Below, one piece after another: positions 37,005 to 47,370 of a stretch of 59,364 bases of DNA. Both the position numbers and the translations under genes were made by a program. The stretch is from Promethearchaeota archaeon (GTDB taxonomy: Archaea; Asgardarchaeota; Lokiarchaeia; Sigyniarchaeales; SOKP01): assembly GCA_019058295.1 (NCBI GenBank), contig JAHPZI010000001.1:124786-184149 (forward strand). The letters are read 5' to 3'. Position 1 is the stretch's first letter. Each line of letters opens with the position of its first letter. The notes under the pieces are model-generated. The model was given only the letters and a program-made list of their open reading frames with translations. It was not told where the DNA came from and made no database searches.

Positions 37005-37424
37005 ATTAAATTTTGGTAGAGGAGGTAATGCTTCTACTTTTTTAGCGATATCTTCTACTGATGCCACATAAGTTTCAACTTCAGCGGCAGAACAGAAATA
37101 CTGTTGAATTCTATCTTCAGATATTCCAATGCGATTAAATATTTTTTTCAGTAACAATACATGTTCGTACGTATTCATATTGCCGTTACCGAATTCGCAC
37201 TCTCCTTTTCTTCATGAAATAATCGCAACGCCATCTGCTCCATTTAAGAAGCATTCCATTATTAAATGTAATCCAATTCTTCCAGTACATCTGACACGTA
37301 ATAAATGAACTTTAGTAGAATATAACTTTCGCGTAGTTCCAGTTAAATCCGCTACAGAATATCCTCATTTATCACAGCCAAAGGCAATTATTCTTTTTCC
37401 ATCTGATTTTACATCTTCACTCAT
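36996..37424 (-). CDS. mvhD: hydrogenase Fe-S subunit MvhD/VhuD, selenoprotein with 2 Sec (U20, U71), 142 aa
   Basis: MSEDVKSDGKRIIAFGCDKUGYSVADLTG...RVRCTGRI...GADGVAIISURKGECEFGNGN. TGA at 37365-37367 and 37212-37214 align to conserved Cys of MvhD (CNWC, GCHxGDC); SD GGTGA upstream. Confidence 0.92.
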
Positions 37425-37445
37425 AAATTTTCACCTTTATTTTGT

Positions 37446-39455
37446 TTAATTTTCCATTGTTTCCTTTGATTCTTCAATAATTTTAATTGGAACCTCAGTA
37501 CCTCCGATACCCTTGATCGATTCTTCAAATTGTATATCTCTATAATATTTTAAGTCAATTGCCCTTGCAGGGCAGGAAGTGACGCAAACACCGCAACCCT
37601 TGCATTTTAAATCATCAACAACAGCAATATCATCGTCGCCTACTTTTATTGCTTGATATTCACAAAGCTTCTCACACCTATGGCAACCCACGCAAAGTTT
37701 CTCATTTACTTCTGCAATAATTAGTTCTTGTTTAATCGTATCATGTGAGAGTAAGGTTGATGCCTTACTAGCTGCGGCTAATGCTGTTGATACAGAATAT
37801 GGAATGTTTTTCGGACCTGCTGCGCATCCACAGATATAAATTCCCATTCCTTTAGTCTCTTGCGGGCTTAAACATCCATGAATTTCTGATAAGAATCCAC
37901 TTGGACCCTTACTAAGGCCCATTATTTCGATCATTTCTTCTGTTCCTTTTGATGGGTTTATTCCAGTTGATAAGACTACCAGATCAGCAGATATAATAAC
38001 AATTTCATCCAATAGTGATGAATAAGCTCTAACCTTTAGTTTTTTAGTTTCGGGATCCTCAGTTATCTCTCCTACTTTGCCACGAATCATTTTGATACCG
38101 GTATCCCTTATCTTTCTATAATATTCTTCATTTCCTTTATCTGGTGTCCTAATATCTATATAGAAGATTGTTATATCTATTCCAGGATACTCTTGGACTA
38201 ATAATTGAGCATTTTTAAGAGCAACATTACAACACACCGCAGAACAGTAAGGATTTCCTTTTAATGTCCTTGAACCAACACATTGTATCATTACAACCGT
38301 TTTTGGGGTTTCTCCATTTGAAATCCTATAGACATGCCCCCCAGTCGGTCCTATTGGACTTAACATTCGTTCTAATTCTATTTGAGTAATTACATCAGGA
38401 AAAATTCCATAGTTATATTCATTCGTTTCCATAATGGGATATTCATCGTATCCAGTCGCCACAATTACGGCACCTACCTTTATATCAAGAATTTCAGGCT
38501 CTTGCTCAAATTCAATAGCTTCAGCAGGACAAGTTCTCTCACAAGTCTTACAATCAATACACACATCTCGATCAATTACGGCATATTTAGGAACAGCTTG
38601 AGGGAAGGGAATATAAATTGCTCCACGCTCGCCTATGCCTCTGTCAAATTCACTCGGTACTTTCACGGGACATTTAGTAGTACATAATCCACAGCCAGTA
38701 CATTTTTTCTCATTAACATAACGAGGATTTTTTCTGATTTTAACATTATATTCACCGGGAATACCGCTAAATTCTATGACATCACTATAAGTTAGAAGGT
38801 TAATATTCGGATGCTTAGCAGCATTTACCATAATTGGAGCAAGAACTCATATTCCACAATCATCAGTGGGAAAAATTCTATCCAGTTGAGCCATTTTTCC
38901 TCCAATTGTAGCTTCTTTTTCGACAAGATAAACTTGAATCCCTTGGTTTGCCAAATCTAATGCGGCATTCATTCCAGCAATTCCAGCACCAATAACCAAA
39001 GCAGCTTTTGTAACCGGTATTTCTTTAAATGGTATATCCTCTAACTCACGTGCACGATTAATTCCTGCGAGAATTAACCTTTTAGCTTTTTCTGTTGCCT
39101 TCTCTTTATCACCTTGGTGAACAAAAGAACAATGTTCCCTCAAATTAACCATTTCAAAGTAATAAGGACTTAATCCCGCTTCCATTAAAACTGCTCTGTA
39201 CGTTGGTTCGTGGATTTTTGGGGTACACGCTGCAACAACCACTCTATTTATGTCTAATTCTAAGATATCATTTTTTATTATTTGTTGCCCTGGATCACTA
39301 CATGTAAAATCGTTAGTTCTTGCGATAACGACGTTTGGTAAAGGTTCAGCAAAGTCTCTTAACGCATCGCAGTCAAGCCATGCGCCAATATTAACTCCTC
39401 ATCGGCATACATAAACGCCTATTCTAATATCTTTGGTCTGAATTTTCTCAGACAA
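37446..39455 (-). CDS. hdrA: heterodisulfide reductase subunit A, selenoprotein with 2 Sec (U19, U203), 669 aa
   Basis: From TTG 39455 one frame reads RIGVYVCRUGVNIG (canonical CHCG; TGA 39399-39401)...GAGIAG...FPTDDCGIUVLAP (TGA 38847-38849) and continues into the 461-aa ORF; this joins two ORF-track fragments. Confidence 0.93.
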
Positions 39456-39663
39456 TTTAAATCACTTTTTTAGAGATACTCCTTAAGAATCTTTAATTTT
39501 TAATATTAAATTTTACTTTTACTTGAGTAAAATTATAAATTTATTTGGTTTAGGAAATAATTGAGATAAATTAAAATTTTTTGTGATTATAAAAAAACTA
39601 TTAATTTCAAAACACATTGAATTCACATTAAATTTTTTATTTATGAAATATTTTCTTCATTAC

Positions 39664-39987
39664 ATGTCTGAAACAAAAGATAACGCTATAGAAGCATTTG
39701 CTAACGAACTTATGAATGAGGAAGGCTTAAAAGGCAAACCTACTTTGAATAAAATTATAAAAATTATTGATAATGTAGGATTAATTAAAGAAAAAGTTAA
39801 AGAAGCATTTTTAAAACTTCAAGCAAAAGAAGAATTTGCAAATGAGATAATGGCAGAATTAGGAATAAAAGGAAAAGCAACTCGTATAAAAATAATGAGA
39901 ATTATAGATATGGTAGGATCTGATAAATCAAAGATCAAAACCGCATTCCTTCGCTCAACAATTAACGATCGTATACACCATGATTAA
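39664..39987 (+). CDS. hypothetical protein made of two tandem ~46-aa helical repeats
   Basis: EAFANELMNEEGLKGK...IIDNVG...VKEAFL vs EEFANEIMAELGIKGK...IIDMVG...IKTAFL; ATG 39664 preferred over GTG 39583. Confidence 0.75.
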   Translation: MSETKDNAIEAFANELMNEEGLKGKPTLNKIIKIIDNVGLIKEKVKEAFLKLQAKEEFANEIMAELGIKGKATRIKIMRIIDMVGSDKSKIKTAFLRSTINDRIHHD

Positions 39988-40082
39988 ATTTTTTTTGTTT
40001 ATCTACTTTTAAATTAAGTAATAATTTATAATAATTGAATAGAGGATTATAATTTCATAAAATTTTAAATAAGGACATTAAT

Positions 40083-41366
40083 TTGCTTGATATTGAATTA
40101 TTCCGAACAAAACTCACGGAAATTATCGAATCTGAGAAAAAGAGGTTTAAAGATCCCTCAAACGCAGAAAAAGTCTTGGAATTAGACAAAAAATGGAGAG
40201 CAGTGTTAGCGAGAATCCAAGATTTAAGACAAAAGAGAAATGAAATATCAGCTCAAATAGGGGAATATAAAAAGGCAGGAGAAACTAAAAAAGCGGAGGA
40301 AGCAGTTAAAATCTCAAAAGAAATTCGGCAAGAAATAGAGACTTTAGAAAAAGAGAAATCACAATATTTTGAGGAAAGAGAGAAATATAGATATATAGTC
40401 GGAAATATTCTGCATAATTCTGTGCCAATAGCGGAGACAGAAGAAGGAAATGAATTAATAAGAAATGTGGGTAATAGACCAAAATTCGACTTTGAGCCCT
40501 TAAATCATGTTGAATTAATTGAGGCTATTGATGGTGCAGATACTAAAAAAGCTGCTGAATTGGTTGGATCCCGATTCTATTATTTAAAAGGCGATTTAGT
40601 ATTATTAAATTTAGCTCTTATGAAATTTGCTTTAGATTTTTTGATGAGTAGAGGATTTATTCCAATATGGACTCCCTTTTTTATAAAGCATGAAATAATA
40701 AAAGCAGCAGCAGAATTAGCGGATTTCGAGGAACAATTGTATAAAATACAAGATGAAGATTTATACATGATCGCAACTTCTGAACAGACTTTAGCAGCTT
40801 ATCATTTCGATGAAATTTTAGATCCTGAAGTCTTACCTATTAAATATGCAGGAATTTCATCTTGTTTTAGGAGGGAAGCAGGTTCACACGGAAAAGATAC
40901 CTTAGGAATATTCCGCGTACATCAATTTGAAAAAATTGAGCAATATATTTTTTGTAAACCAGAAAATTCATGGAATTTTCAAGAAGAACTAATAGAAAAT
41001 GCCGAACAAATATATAAACAATTAGAGATTCCATATAGGACCGTAAATATTGCATCTGGAGAATTAAATGATAACGCGGCTAAAAAATATGACTTAGAAG
41101 CCTGGTTTCCAGCGTCACAAACATATAGGGAACTTGTTAGTTGCAGTAATTGTTTAGATTACCAAGCAAGAAAATTAAAAATCAGGATGGGAAAAGTTGG
41201 TTCAGAAGAAAAACAAATATTGCACACATTAAATTCGACTGCTATCGCAACAGAACGTACAATTTGTTGTATTTTAGAAAACTTTCAAAATGAAGATCAT
41301 TCAATAAGAGTGCCAAAAGTGCTTCAGAAGTATATCGGCAAAAAAGTTATTAAAAGTACTAAATAA
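40083..41366 (+). CDS. serS: seryl-tRNA synthetase
   Basis: N-terminal coiled coil, ATSEQ, FRREAGSHGKDTLGIFRVHQFEK, ELVSCSNC and HTLNSTA. Confidence 0.97.
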   Translation: MLDIELFRTKLTEIIESEKKRFKDPSNAEKVLELDKKWRAVLARIQDLRQKRNEISAQIGEYKKAGETKKAEEAVKISKEIRQEIETLEKEKSQYFEEREKYRYIVGNILHNSVPIAETEEGNELIRNVGNRPKFDFEPLNHVELIEAIDGADTKKAAELVGSRFYYLKGDLVLLNLALMKFALDFLMSRGFIPIWTPFFIKHEIIKAAAELADFEEQLYKIQDEDLYMIATSEQTLAAYHFDEILDPEVLPIKYAGISSCFRREAGSHGKDTLGIFRVHQFEKIEQYIFCKPENSWNFQEELIENAEQIYKQLEIPYRTVNIASGELNDNAAKKYDLEAWFPASQTYRELVSCSNCLDYQARKLKIRMGKVGSEEKQILHTLNSTAIATERTICCILENFQNEDHSIRVPKVLQKYIGKKVIKSTK

Positions 41367-41399
41367 ATATATTTGATCGATAAAATTAAATAGAATCTT

Positions 41400-42641
41400 A
41401 TGTCACCTTTAGAAGTAGATTTAGAGGAATTTGAAGAGTTTTATAATGAAAGGATTAATGCTCAATTTTTTAAAATAAAAAGAGCTACAAAAAAATTAAT
41501 CTATGACATTAGAAACAGTTTAATTGATATTAAAATCTGTATGGATCATTTCCTTGATTCTCAAGATAAAATAGACCAAAAATCTCTAAGATCTTTAAAC
41601 TTATTCTCAGAGCGAGTTAAGAGCTATGTAGATGAGATTGAAATCCCTGAAGAAGAAGAAATTAATTATTCAAATCTAATAGAATTAATTAATTCCATTA
41701 AAAAATTATTTAAATCTATAAATGAAATTGCTAGAAAATCACTCCCTAAATTTCAGAAAGAAGTACAAACTGAAATAAAAGAACTGAATTATAGAACTCG
41801 CAAACTACAAAAAAAGCAAGCAATGTTAGACTCATTTTTAAGAAAAAAGTATGGAGATGTAAAAAACGCAGAAGATTTATTGAAAAAATTACCTAAATTA
41901 ATCAGTCTTAAAGAAAATATTGAAAATTCAAAATCAGATTTAGCTAGCTTTGAAGGGATGGCAGAAGAAACTAATAACAGTTTAGAAAAATTAAATTCAG
42001 AGTTAATTAACCTTGAAAAGAACGAATTATTTAAAAAACTTGAAAGCGAACGCGACAGACTTTTTAAATTAAAAATAAAAATTAATGATGAAATTGGTTT
42101 TAAAAAAGCTTTAAAAAAATTAAAATTTGAATTAGATAAAGAAACAATTCATATTTCCAATATCAACTTAAATTATTTAAGAAATTTTCTAAAAGATCCA
42201 GTTGCGACGCTAATCAAAGAACGTACAGATTTGCCAAAATTTTCCGCGTTATTAGTCCATCTAAGACATACATTAGAGGAGGGTAATATATTAAATCTTA
42301 AAACAGATACAAAATTGAAGACAATTGAACAAATTAATAAAATTTTCGATGAAAAGATAATACATGAAATTATTGAAGAGTTTAAAAATTTAAGGAATAA
42401 AATTAAAGAAATAGAGCAAGAAATAAAAGATGCAGGTCTTTCAGAAAAATTAAAAGATGTTAAGAATAAGATATCAACCAATACTGCAAAATTAGAACAT
42501 ATTCAATTAGATGTTGATAGAAAAAATAAGGATTATACAAAATATTTAGAATCATTAAAAGAAGAACGTGAGATTCTTCAAAAAGCAATTAGCGATATAT
42601 TGCAAGAGGATTTGAAAATAAATATTACCCTTGAATTTTAA
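41400..42641 (+). CDS. hypothetical coiled-coil protein
   Basis: 413-aa K/E/L-rich ORF with heptad periodicity. Confidence 0.75.
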   Translation: MSPLEVDLEEFEEFYNERINAQFFKIKRATKKLIYDIRNSLIDIKICMDHFLDSQDKIDQKSLRSLNLFSERVKSYVDEIEIPEEEEINYSNLIELINSIKKLFKSINEIARKSLPKFQKEVQTEIKELNYRTRKLQKKQAMLDSFLRKKYGDVKNAEDLLKKLPKLISLKENIENSKSDLASFEGMAEETNNSLEKLNSELINLEKNELFKKLESERDRLFKLKIKINDEIGFKKALKKLKFELDKETIHISNINLNYLRNFLKDPVATLIKERTDLPKFSALLVHLRHTLEEGNILNLKTDTKLKTIEQINKIFDEKIIHEIIEEFKNLRNKIKEIEQEIKDAGLSEKLKDVKNKISTNTAKLEHIQLDVDRKNKDYTKYLESLKEEREILQKAISDILQEDLKINITLEF

Positions 42642-42652
42642 AATTAAATAAT

Positions 42653-43384
42653 CTAATTTTTCTTAATTATTTTAAATTCTCGATTATTGTCTGCATTCAT
42701 CTTTTGTAAGGTTAATTTTAAGTTATTTTTCAAAAAGCGGAAAGTTATTGTATGCGTTAGATTAAATATTTTTAAATATTCGTAAGCTAGCACTAAATCC
42801 TGTATAATATCTATATCAAAACCGGCTCTAAATGAATCGTAGATTGCCATTTTCTCTATTCCTTTCTCTTTCGCATGGTTTAGTAGGGCTACAAGAGAAG
42901 GAATTTCGGGATCTGAAAAACGAGTGGAAACAATATCTGGAGGATTTCTTCCCAATATAGAAACGCCTGCTGAATTTATTGCGGGACAAACAATTAACTG
43001 GTTCTCTTTTACTAAAGAGTTAATTTCTTTAAAATTTTTAGCCGATATTAAGATTATATCTAAAAAGGTAAAAATAGTTTGCTCAGCATTAAATCTTTTT
43101 ATTGCTATAGTATTGAGATCTTTAATAACATCATCAAAAGATTTTCTAGGTTGTGTTAATTCCTCCTTAATGCCGATTAAACCATAATCTTCTGCAAGCT
43201 GTAGTATTAAATTGTCATTACAATATACAATTTTCTCTTTAAAGCAGTTTACACTTAACAATTTACTACTTAAATCTTTGAACATAGCAATTGTTAACTC
43301 TTTAAGCTGCTCATTTGAAAAGCATCCCCTTAATCGAGTCTTTGTTCTTCCTAATGGTGCTATAGGGATTAGTAAAACACTCAT
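42653..43384 (-). CDS. cofC: CofC-like 2-phospho-L-lactate/PEP guanylyltransferase (F420 biosynthesis), divergent
   Basis: LIPIAPLGRTKTRL N-terminus and GFDIDIIQDL C-terminal motif of the CofC/MobA-like NTase fold. Confidence 0.7.
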   Translation of the reverse strand: MSVLLIPIAPLGRTKTRLRGCFSNEQLKELTIAMFKDLSSKLLSVNCFKEKIVYCNDNLILQLAEDYGLIGIKEELTQPRKSFDDVIKDLNTIAIKRFNAEQTIFTFLDIILISAKNFKEINSLVKENQLIVCPAINSAGVSILGRNPPDIVSTRFSDPEIPSLVALLNHAKEKGIEKMAIYDSFRAGFDIDIIQDLVLAYEYLKIFNLTHTITFRFLKNNLKLTLQKMNADNNREFKIIKKN

Positions 43385-43454
43385 AGTAAATTATAATTAA
43401 ATAAGTAAAAAACGTTAAATAAAGATCTTAACAATTAGAAATTAAAATAGAGAA

Positions 43455-44012
43455 TTATTTAAGATTATTTAATATTTGAATAGAAAGATCCTCAAAAGCT
43501 ATATCGACGCTTTCATTTAACTTTGCAGAGGTTTCAAAATATCGTACACCGTGGGCCTTTGCTTTTTTTTCTATTTCTTCAGTATGAACAACTCTTTTAT
43601 CTTGTAAATCAGTTTTATTTCCAATAATTATAAATGGGATATCCCCGCTCAATTCTTTCATCTTTGATATCCAAAAATCCAGATTATCGAAACTCTCTCT
43701 ATTAGCTATACTGAACGCGACCATGGCACCTACAGCTTGTAAAAAATAATATTCTGTTACGAATAACTTGTCTTTTTGACCTCCAATATCCCAATAGAAA
43801 AGCGTGAAAGAAGACATTCCCGAGGGAATTTCAAGATTTTCTCTTTTCATCTTGTCGACTATTCTTTTTAAATTAACTTCTTTAATTAGAAAATTAGCAC
43901 CTACGGTTTGAATATATTCAGATCTAAACATATTATCCACATATCGAGCAATTAAACTGGTTTTTCCAACGCCAGCATCCCCTAAAAGAATTACCTTACC
44001 CCTATAACTCAT
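43455..44012 (-). CDS. Rab-like small GTPase (Ras superfamily)
   Basis: G1 GDAGVGKTS, G2 T, G3 WDIGGQ, G4 NKTD and G5 ETSAK; no C-terminal Cys. Confidence 0.93.
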   Translation of the reverse strand: MSYRGKVILLGDAGVGKTSLIARYVDNMFRSEYIQTVGANFLIKEVNLKRIVDKMKRENLEIPSGMSSFTLFYWDIGGQKDKLFVTEYYFLQAVGAMVAFSIANRESFDNLDFWISKMKELSGDIPFIIIGNKTDLQDKRVVHTEEIEKKAKAHGVRYFETSAKLNESVDIAFEDLSIQILNNLK

Positions 44013-44103
44013 TCTATTACCCTACGGATTTTTTATATAATATATAGTTAAATTTATTTAACCATAAATACGTTTTATTTTTTTTTTTTCAATTAATTAT
44101 AAT

Positions 44104-44964
44104 TTAAAATAAATCTGGAGCCTCTTTTTTCTTTGTTTCCAATGCTGCCTCTTTACACTCAGAGCTAATAAAATGTCTAAACAAATGCTCATATCCTATT
44201 ATTTGTTTGGGTCGACCATGTTCTAACCATAATCCTGATGTATATTCTGGCGCTCCGCTCACTTGATCAAGAGTGGTGAGTATAAAATCATCATCGGTGA
44301 TTAATAAACCAAATGGTATGACCGTGTCGCCTACGATAGAATGGACTTTAATTTTTAATTTTAATAACTTTTTAATTTCTTCTTTTATTCCATCAAAAAA
44401 TTTTAAAGCAATAACAATTTGAATTGAATTGGAAACGAATTTCTTATTCCATAACTCTTTCGTTATCCACTCATATCCCCCAAGTTCATCCATTAATAAA
44501 TCTGGAGTAATAATAAAAAATAGTCTGTTTTCTGCTTGTATAATTAATTCTTTTATTTTTTTCCTAATTTTTTCTTTAGAGTTGATTGACCAAACACGGG
44601 GTTCAGATTCTTCTGTATCAACCTCTAGATCGCTTATTTCATCTTCAAGCAAATGAGTTTTATCAATTAAACGGGAATACTCGTCTCGAATGGATTGAAA
44701 TATTTTTTCAAGGGGGATAACTTGGTAATTTGCACCTCTTTTAACTGGTTCTTTCTGAATGAATCCTCTTTCAATTAATCTATTCAATGAATCGTAAACT
44801 CTTGCTCTATCCACTCCGGAATTTTTTGCTATATCTGCAGGAGACAAAATTTTGTATTTACAGAGCGTCAGCAGGACCTTTGAATCATTCTTAGTGAAAC
44901 CGAGGCTCTGTAACGATTCTTCAATACTAGATTCAGTTTCATCTTCCTTAGGATCTATGCTCAA
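44104..44964 (-). CDS. TrmB-family transcriptional regulator
   Basis: LGFTKNDSKV...SGVDRARVYDSLNRLIERGFI HTH plus C-terminal effector domain. Confidence 0.9.
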   Translation of the reverse strand: MSIDPKEDETESSIEESLQSLGFTKNDSKVLLTLCKYKILSPADIAKNSGVDRARVYDSLNRLIERGFIQKEPVKRGANYQVIPLEKIFQSIRDEYSRLIDKTHLLEDEISDLEVDTEESEPRVWSINSKEKIRKKIKELIIQAENRLFFIITPDLLMDELGGYEWITKELWNKKFVSNSIQIVIALKFFDGIKEEIKKLLKLKIKVHSIVGDTVIPFGLLITDDDFILTTLDQVSGAPEYTSGLWLEHGRPKQIIGYEHLFRHFISSECKEAALETKKKEAPDLF

Positions 44965-45494
44965 AATTAAAATCCTTTTCTTTTTTTTAGCCCAATTTAT
45001 TTTATGTAAATATTATAAAAGAACTCAATTTTATACTTTTACATTTTTAGTAATAAATCTACGGATTGTTAAATAATTAATTTAAGTAAAATGATACTAT
45101 TTATTTGAGAGAACCTTTATTTAAAAATTCAAAATCTCATTAAATGAAAATTAAATTTAATTTAATTATGAAATCATCAAAATTTTAGTTATCCTTAATT
45201 ATTATTTATTATATCAGTTTTAATTTTATTGAAACATTAATAATAGTAAAATACTAAAAAATTAAGAGTTTAAGCCCTTATTAAATAAACATTAAAATTT
45301 TAATTTGTCGGAGAAATTATTATTTAATTAATATTCCAATCTGATATCCGAATGAAAATGAAATCTTATATGAAATCTGCGAACATATTGATTCGAAACA
45401 GAAACTTTAAATAATAGAAATGTGTAGTTATACATAATTATTAATCTAAATTATAATTAAAATTTTAAAAAAAATTTAGTGGAGGAATATAATT

Positions 45495-45746
45495 ATGGCT
45501 AAAAAGAAGCCTGCAGCTAAAAAAAAACCAGCAGCTAAAAAAAGTGAAGGATATATCGCAAAAGCTCCCATCAGACGGTTGATGAAAAAAGAGGGAGCTG
45601 ATCTCGTTGCTGCCGAAGCACTTGATAAATTAATTGATTATCTTGAGAAGGCTGCTGCGGACGCTACAAAACAGGCAATTTCACTTTGTAAGGCGGATAA
45701 AAGAAAACGTGTAACAGCGTCTGACATTCGCAATGCAACACGATAA
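45495..45746 (+). CDS. archaeal histone (HMf-type fold) with Lys-rich N-terminal tail
   Basis: IAKAPIRRLMK.EGA..V...A...ADKRKRVTASDI histone fold preceded by MAKKKPAAKKKPAAKK; SD GGAGG. Confidence 0.93.
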   Translation: MAKKKPAAKKKPAAKKSEGYIAKAPIRRLMKKEGADLVAAEALDKLIDYLEKAAADATKQAISLCKADKRKRVTASDIRNATR

Positions 45747-45762
45747 AAGTATTAAATTCCAA

Positions 45763-45781
45763 TTTCTTTTTTTTTCTTTTT
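45763..45781 (+). terminator. oligo-T terminator of the histone gene
   Basis: TTTCTTTTTTTTTCTTTTT ~16 nt after the stop, between convergent genes. Confidence 0.55.
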
Positions 45782-45794
45782 ATTATTTAAATGC

Positions 45795-46322
45795 TTAAAA
45801 TTTTTCAAAAAATTCTTTGTTTAAGAAATCATTTATTTTTTCTTCGATTTTTTTTTTAACAGAATCCAGTCCTTCAACAACCACCCGTGTTTCAGCGGTT
45901 ATGTCAATATATCCTAATTCTGATGGAAACCTAGGAACAACATGCCAGTGAATATGATTAATACTTGCCCCCGCATAGTTACCTTGATTTATACCGATAT
46001 TATATCCTCGAGGAGAATATATCTCATCTAATAATAATTGTAGTCCTTGAATTGTCCTAGATGTATGGATGAGCTCCTCCTTAGTGAGGTCTATATACTT
46101 TGCAACGTGCCTAGTTGTACATACCATTGCATGTCCCACATTATATGGATACAGATTAAGTACTACAAAATTTAAATCATCTTGATAAACTTTGAGAGAT
46201 TTTACCCTCTTATCGTCATCTCTTATAGCACATAAGATACAATCAACTTTTGGTTTTTCCTTTCCCGTAACATATTCTAACTTTCCTAATGCTTGTAGCC
46301 ATTTTTCAAAAATTTTTATCAC
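45795..46322 (-). CDS. HIT-family nucleotide hydrolase
   Basis: CILC, LNLYPYNVGH and AGASINHIHWHVVPR. Confidence 0.92.
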   Translation of the reverse strand: MIKIFEKWLQALGKLEYVTGKEKPKVDCILCAIRDDDKRVKSLKVYQDDLNFVVLNLYPYNVGHAMVCTTRHVAKYIDLTKEELIHTSRTIQGLQLLLDEIYSPRGYNIGINQGNYAGASINHIHWHVVPRFPSELGYIDITAETRVVVEGLDSVKKKIEEKINDFLNKEFFEKF

Positions 46323-46341
46323 CTTAATAAAGAAAAAGATT

Positions 46342-46887
46342 TCATGAATATAAAGAAAAATCTGTACCAGAAGTAAATTCTTTTGCTTTCGTAAAGTCTT
46401 CTGGTTTAATTTTTTCTGAACAATATTCCTCTAAAATAATATTGCTATACGCAGCACTATTAAAGACTTTTCTAATGCTATTAAAAAAAACATTTTTTGA
46501 AATGCTTCCGTCTTTTTTAAGGAATACTTGGTCGCTTATCTCATATCGATACTGATCTATACTAATACGAAAATAAACATCTTTTAGAAGAAAAAATTTT
46601 CTTAGTTCCATAAAAAATTGCATTTTTTTATTATTATTTAAAGAATTTAACGCATTAATATGAGGGTCTGATATTTGGGTACCGATAGTAATTATAATCA
46701 AATCTTTATTTTTTGGTTTAATGACAAACATAATCTTATTTATTTTAATCCATGTTTTTCCTCCAGGAAAAACAAACTGAAATCCAAAATCAATTTTTGG
46801 ATCCTTTACTTTTTCTCTTAAAATGCCTTCATCTAATAAGTATTCTCTAATTAAGTCTTCAATTTTACTCTCTTCTGACATTTTCAC
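46342..46887 (-). CDS. DUF2299-like archaeal protein
   Basis: IREYLLDEG N-terminus and overall size resemble DUF2299; C-terminal SLYS. Confidence 0.6.
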   Translation of the reverse strand: MKMSEESKIEDLIREYLLDEGILREKVKDPKIDFGFQFVFPGGKTWIKINKIMFVIKPKNKDLIIITIGTQISDPHINALNSLNNNKKMQFFMELRKFFLLKDVYFRISIDQYRYEISDQVFLKKDGSISKNVFFNSIRKVFNSAAYSNIILEEYCSEKIKPEDFTKAKEFTSGTDFSLYS

Positions 46888-46940
46888 TCAAAATTTTTAA
46901 GAATAAGCCTAATTTCCAGTTAGGATAAAACAAAAAAGGA

Positions 46941-47294
46941 TCAATACTTGCCTCTTGGCCTATGTTGTGGTTCTATACCGGATTCCTCTAGTTTTTTAAT
47001 ATTTGCTTCCAATTCTTCAAGAGGAGTGCAGTAAACAACATTAAGTGTTTCATAATCGATGAATATTAGTCCTACTATTCCTAAACCCATCAATTGATTG
47101 TTTTTATCTATATGTGTGGAGTCTATCCCCATTTTAATGGCTTGCTTACCTCCTTCCAATTCAACTAACGAAGGTTGGCATGCAGTAAATCCCCCCCCAC
47201 GTTTCTTCATCAAATAATTCATTATGGCATAATCTATTTCATCGGAAATAGCACCTTCTTTTTGGATAACCTTAACAACATTGGGAGCAGACAT
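46941..47294 (-). CDS. hypothetical protein
   Basis: 117-aa ORF in a minus-strand run of genes. Confidence 0.7.
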   Translation of the reverse strand: MSAPNVVKVIQKEGAISDEIDYAIMNYLMKKRGGGFTACQPSLVELEGGKQAIKMGIDSTHIDKNNQLMGLGIVGLIFIDYETLNVVYCTPLEELEANIKKLEESGIEPQHRPRGKY

Positions 47295-47370
47295 TTTAAA
47301 GATAAAATTTTATATTTTTAAAATCAATACTTAAGAATTTTTAATTGTTTTTATTTTCAATCGTTTAGAT

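Noticed and set aside
36996-39455. hdrA and mvhD as pseudogenes or split genes, as the ORF track suggests
   Set aside because: All four stops are TGA at conserved Cys positions, there are no frameshifts, and a SECIS-like element follows.
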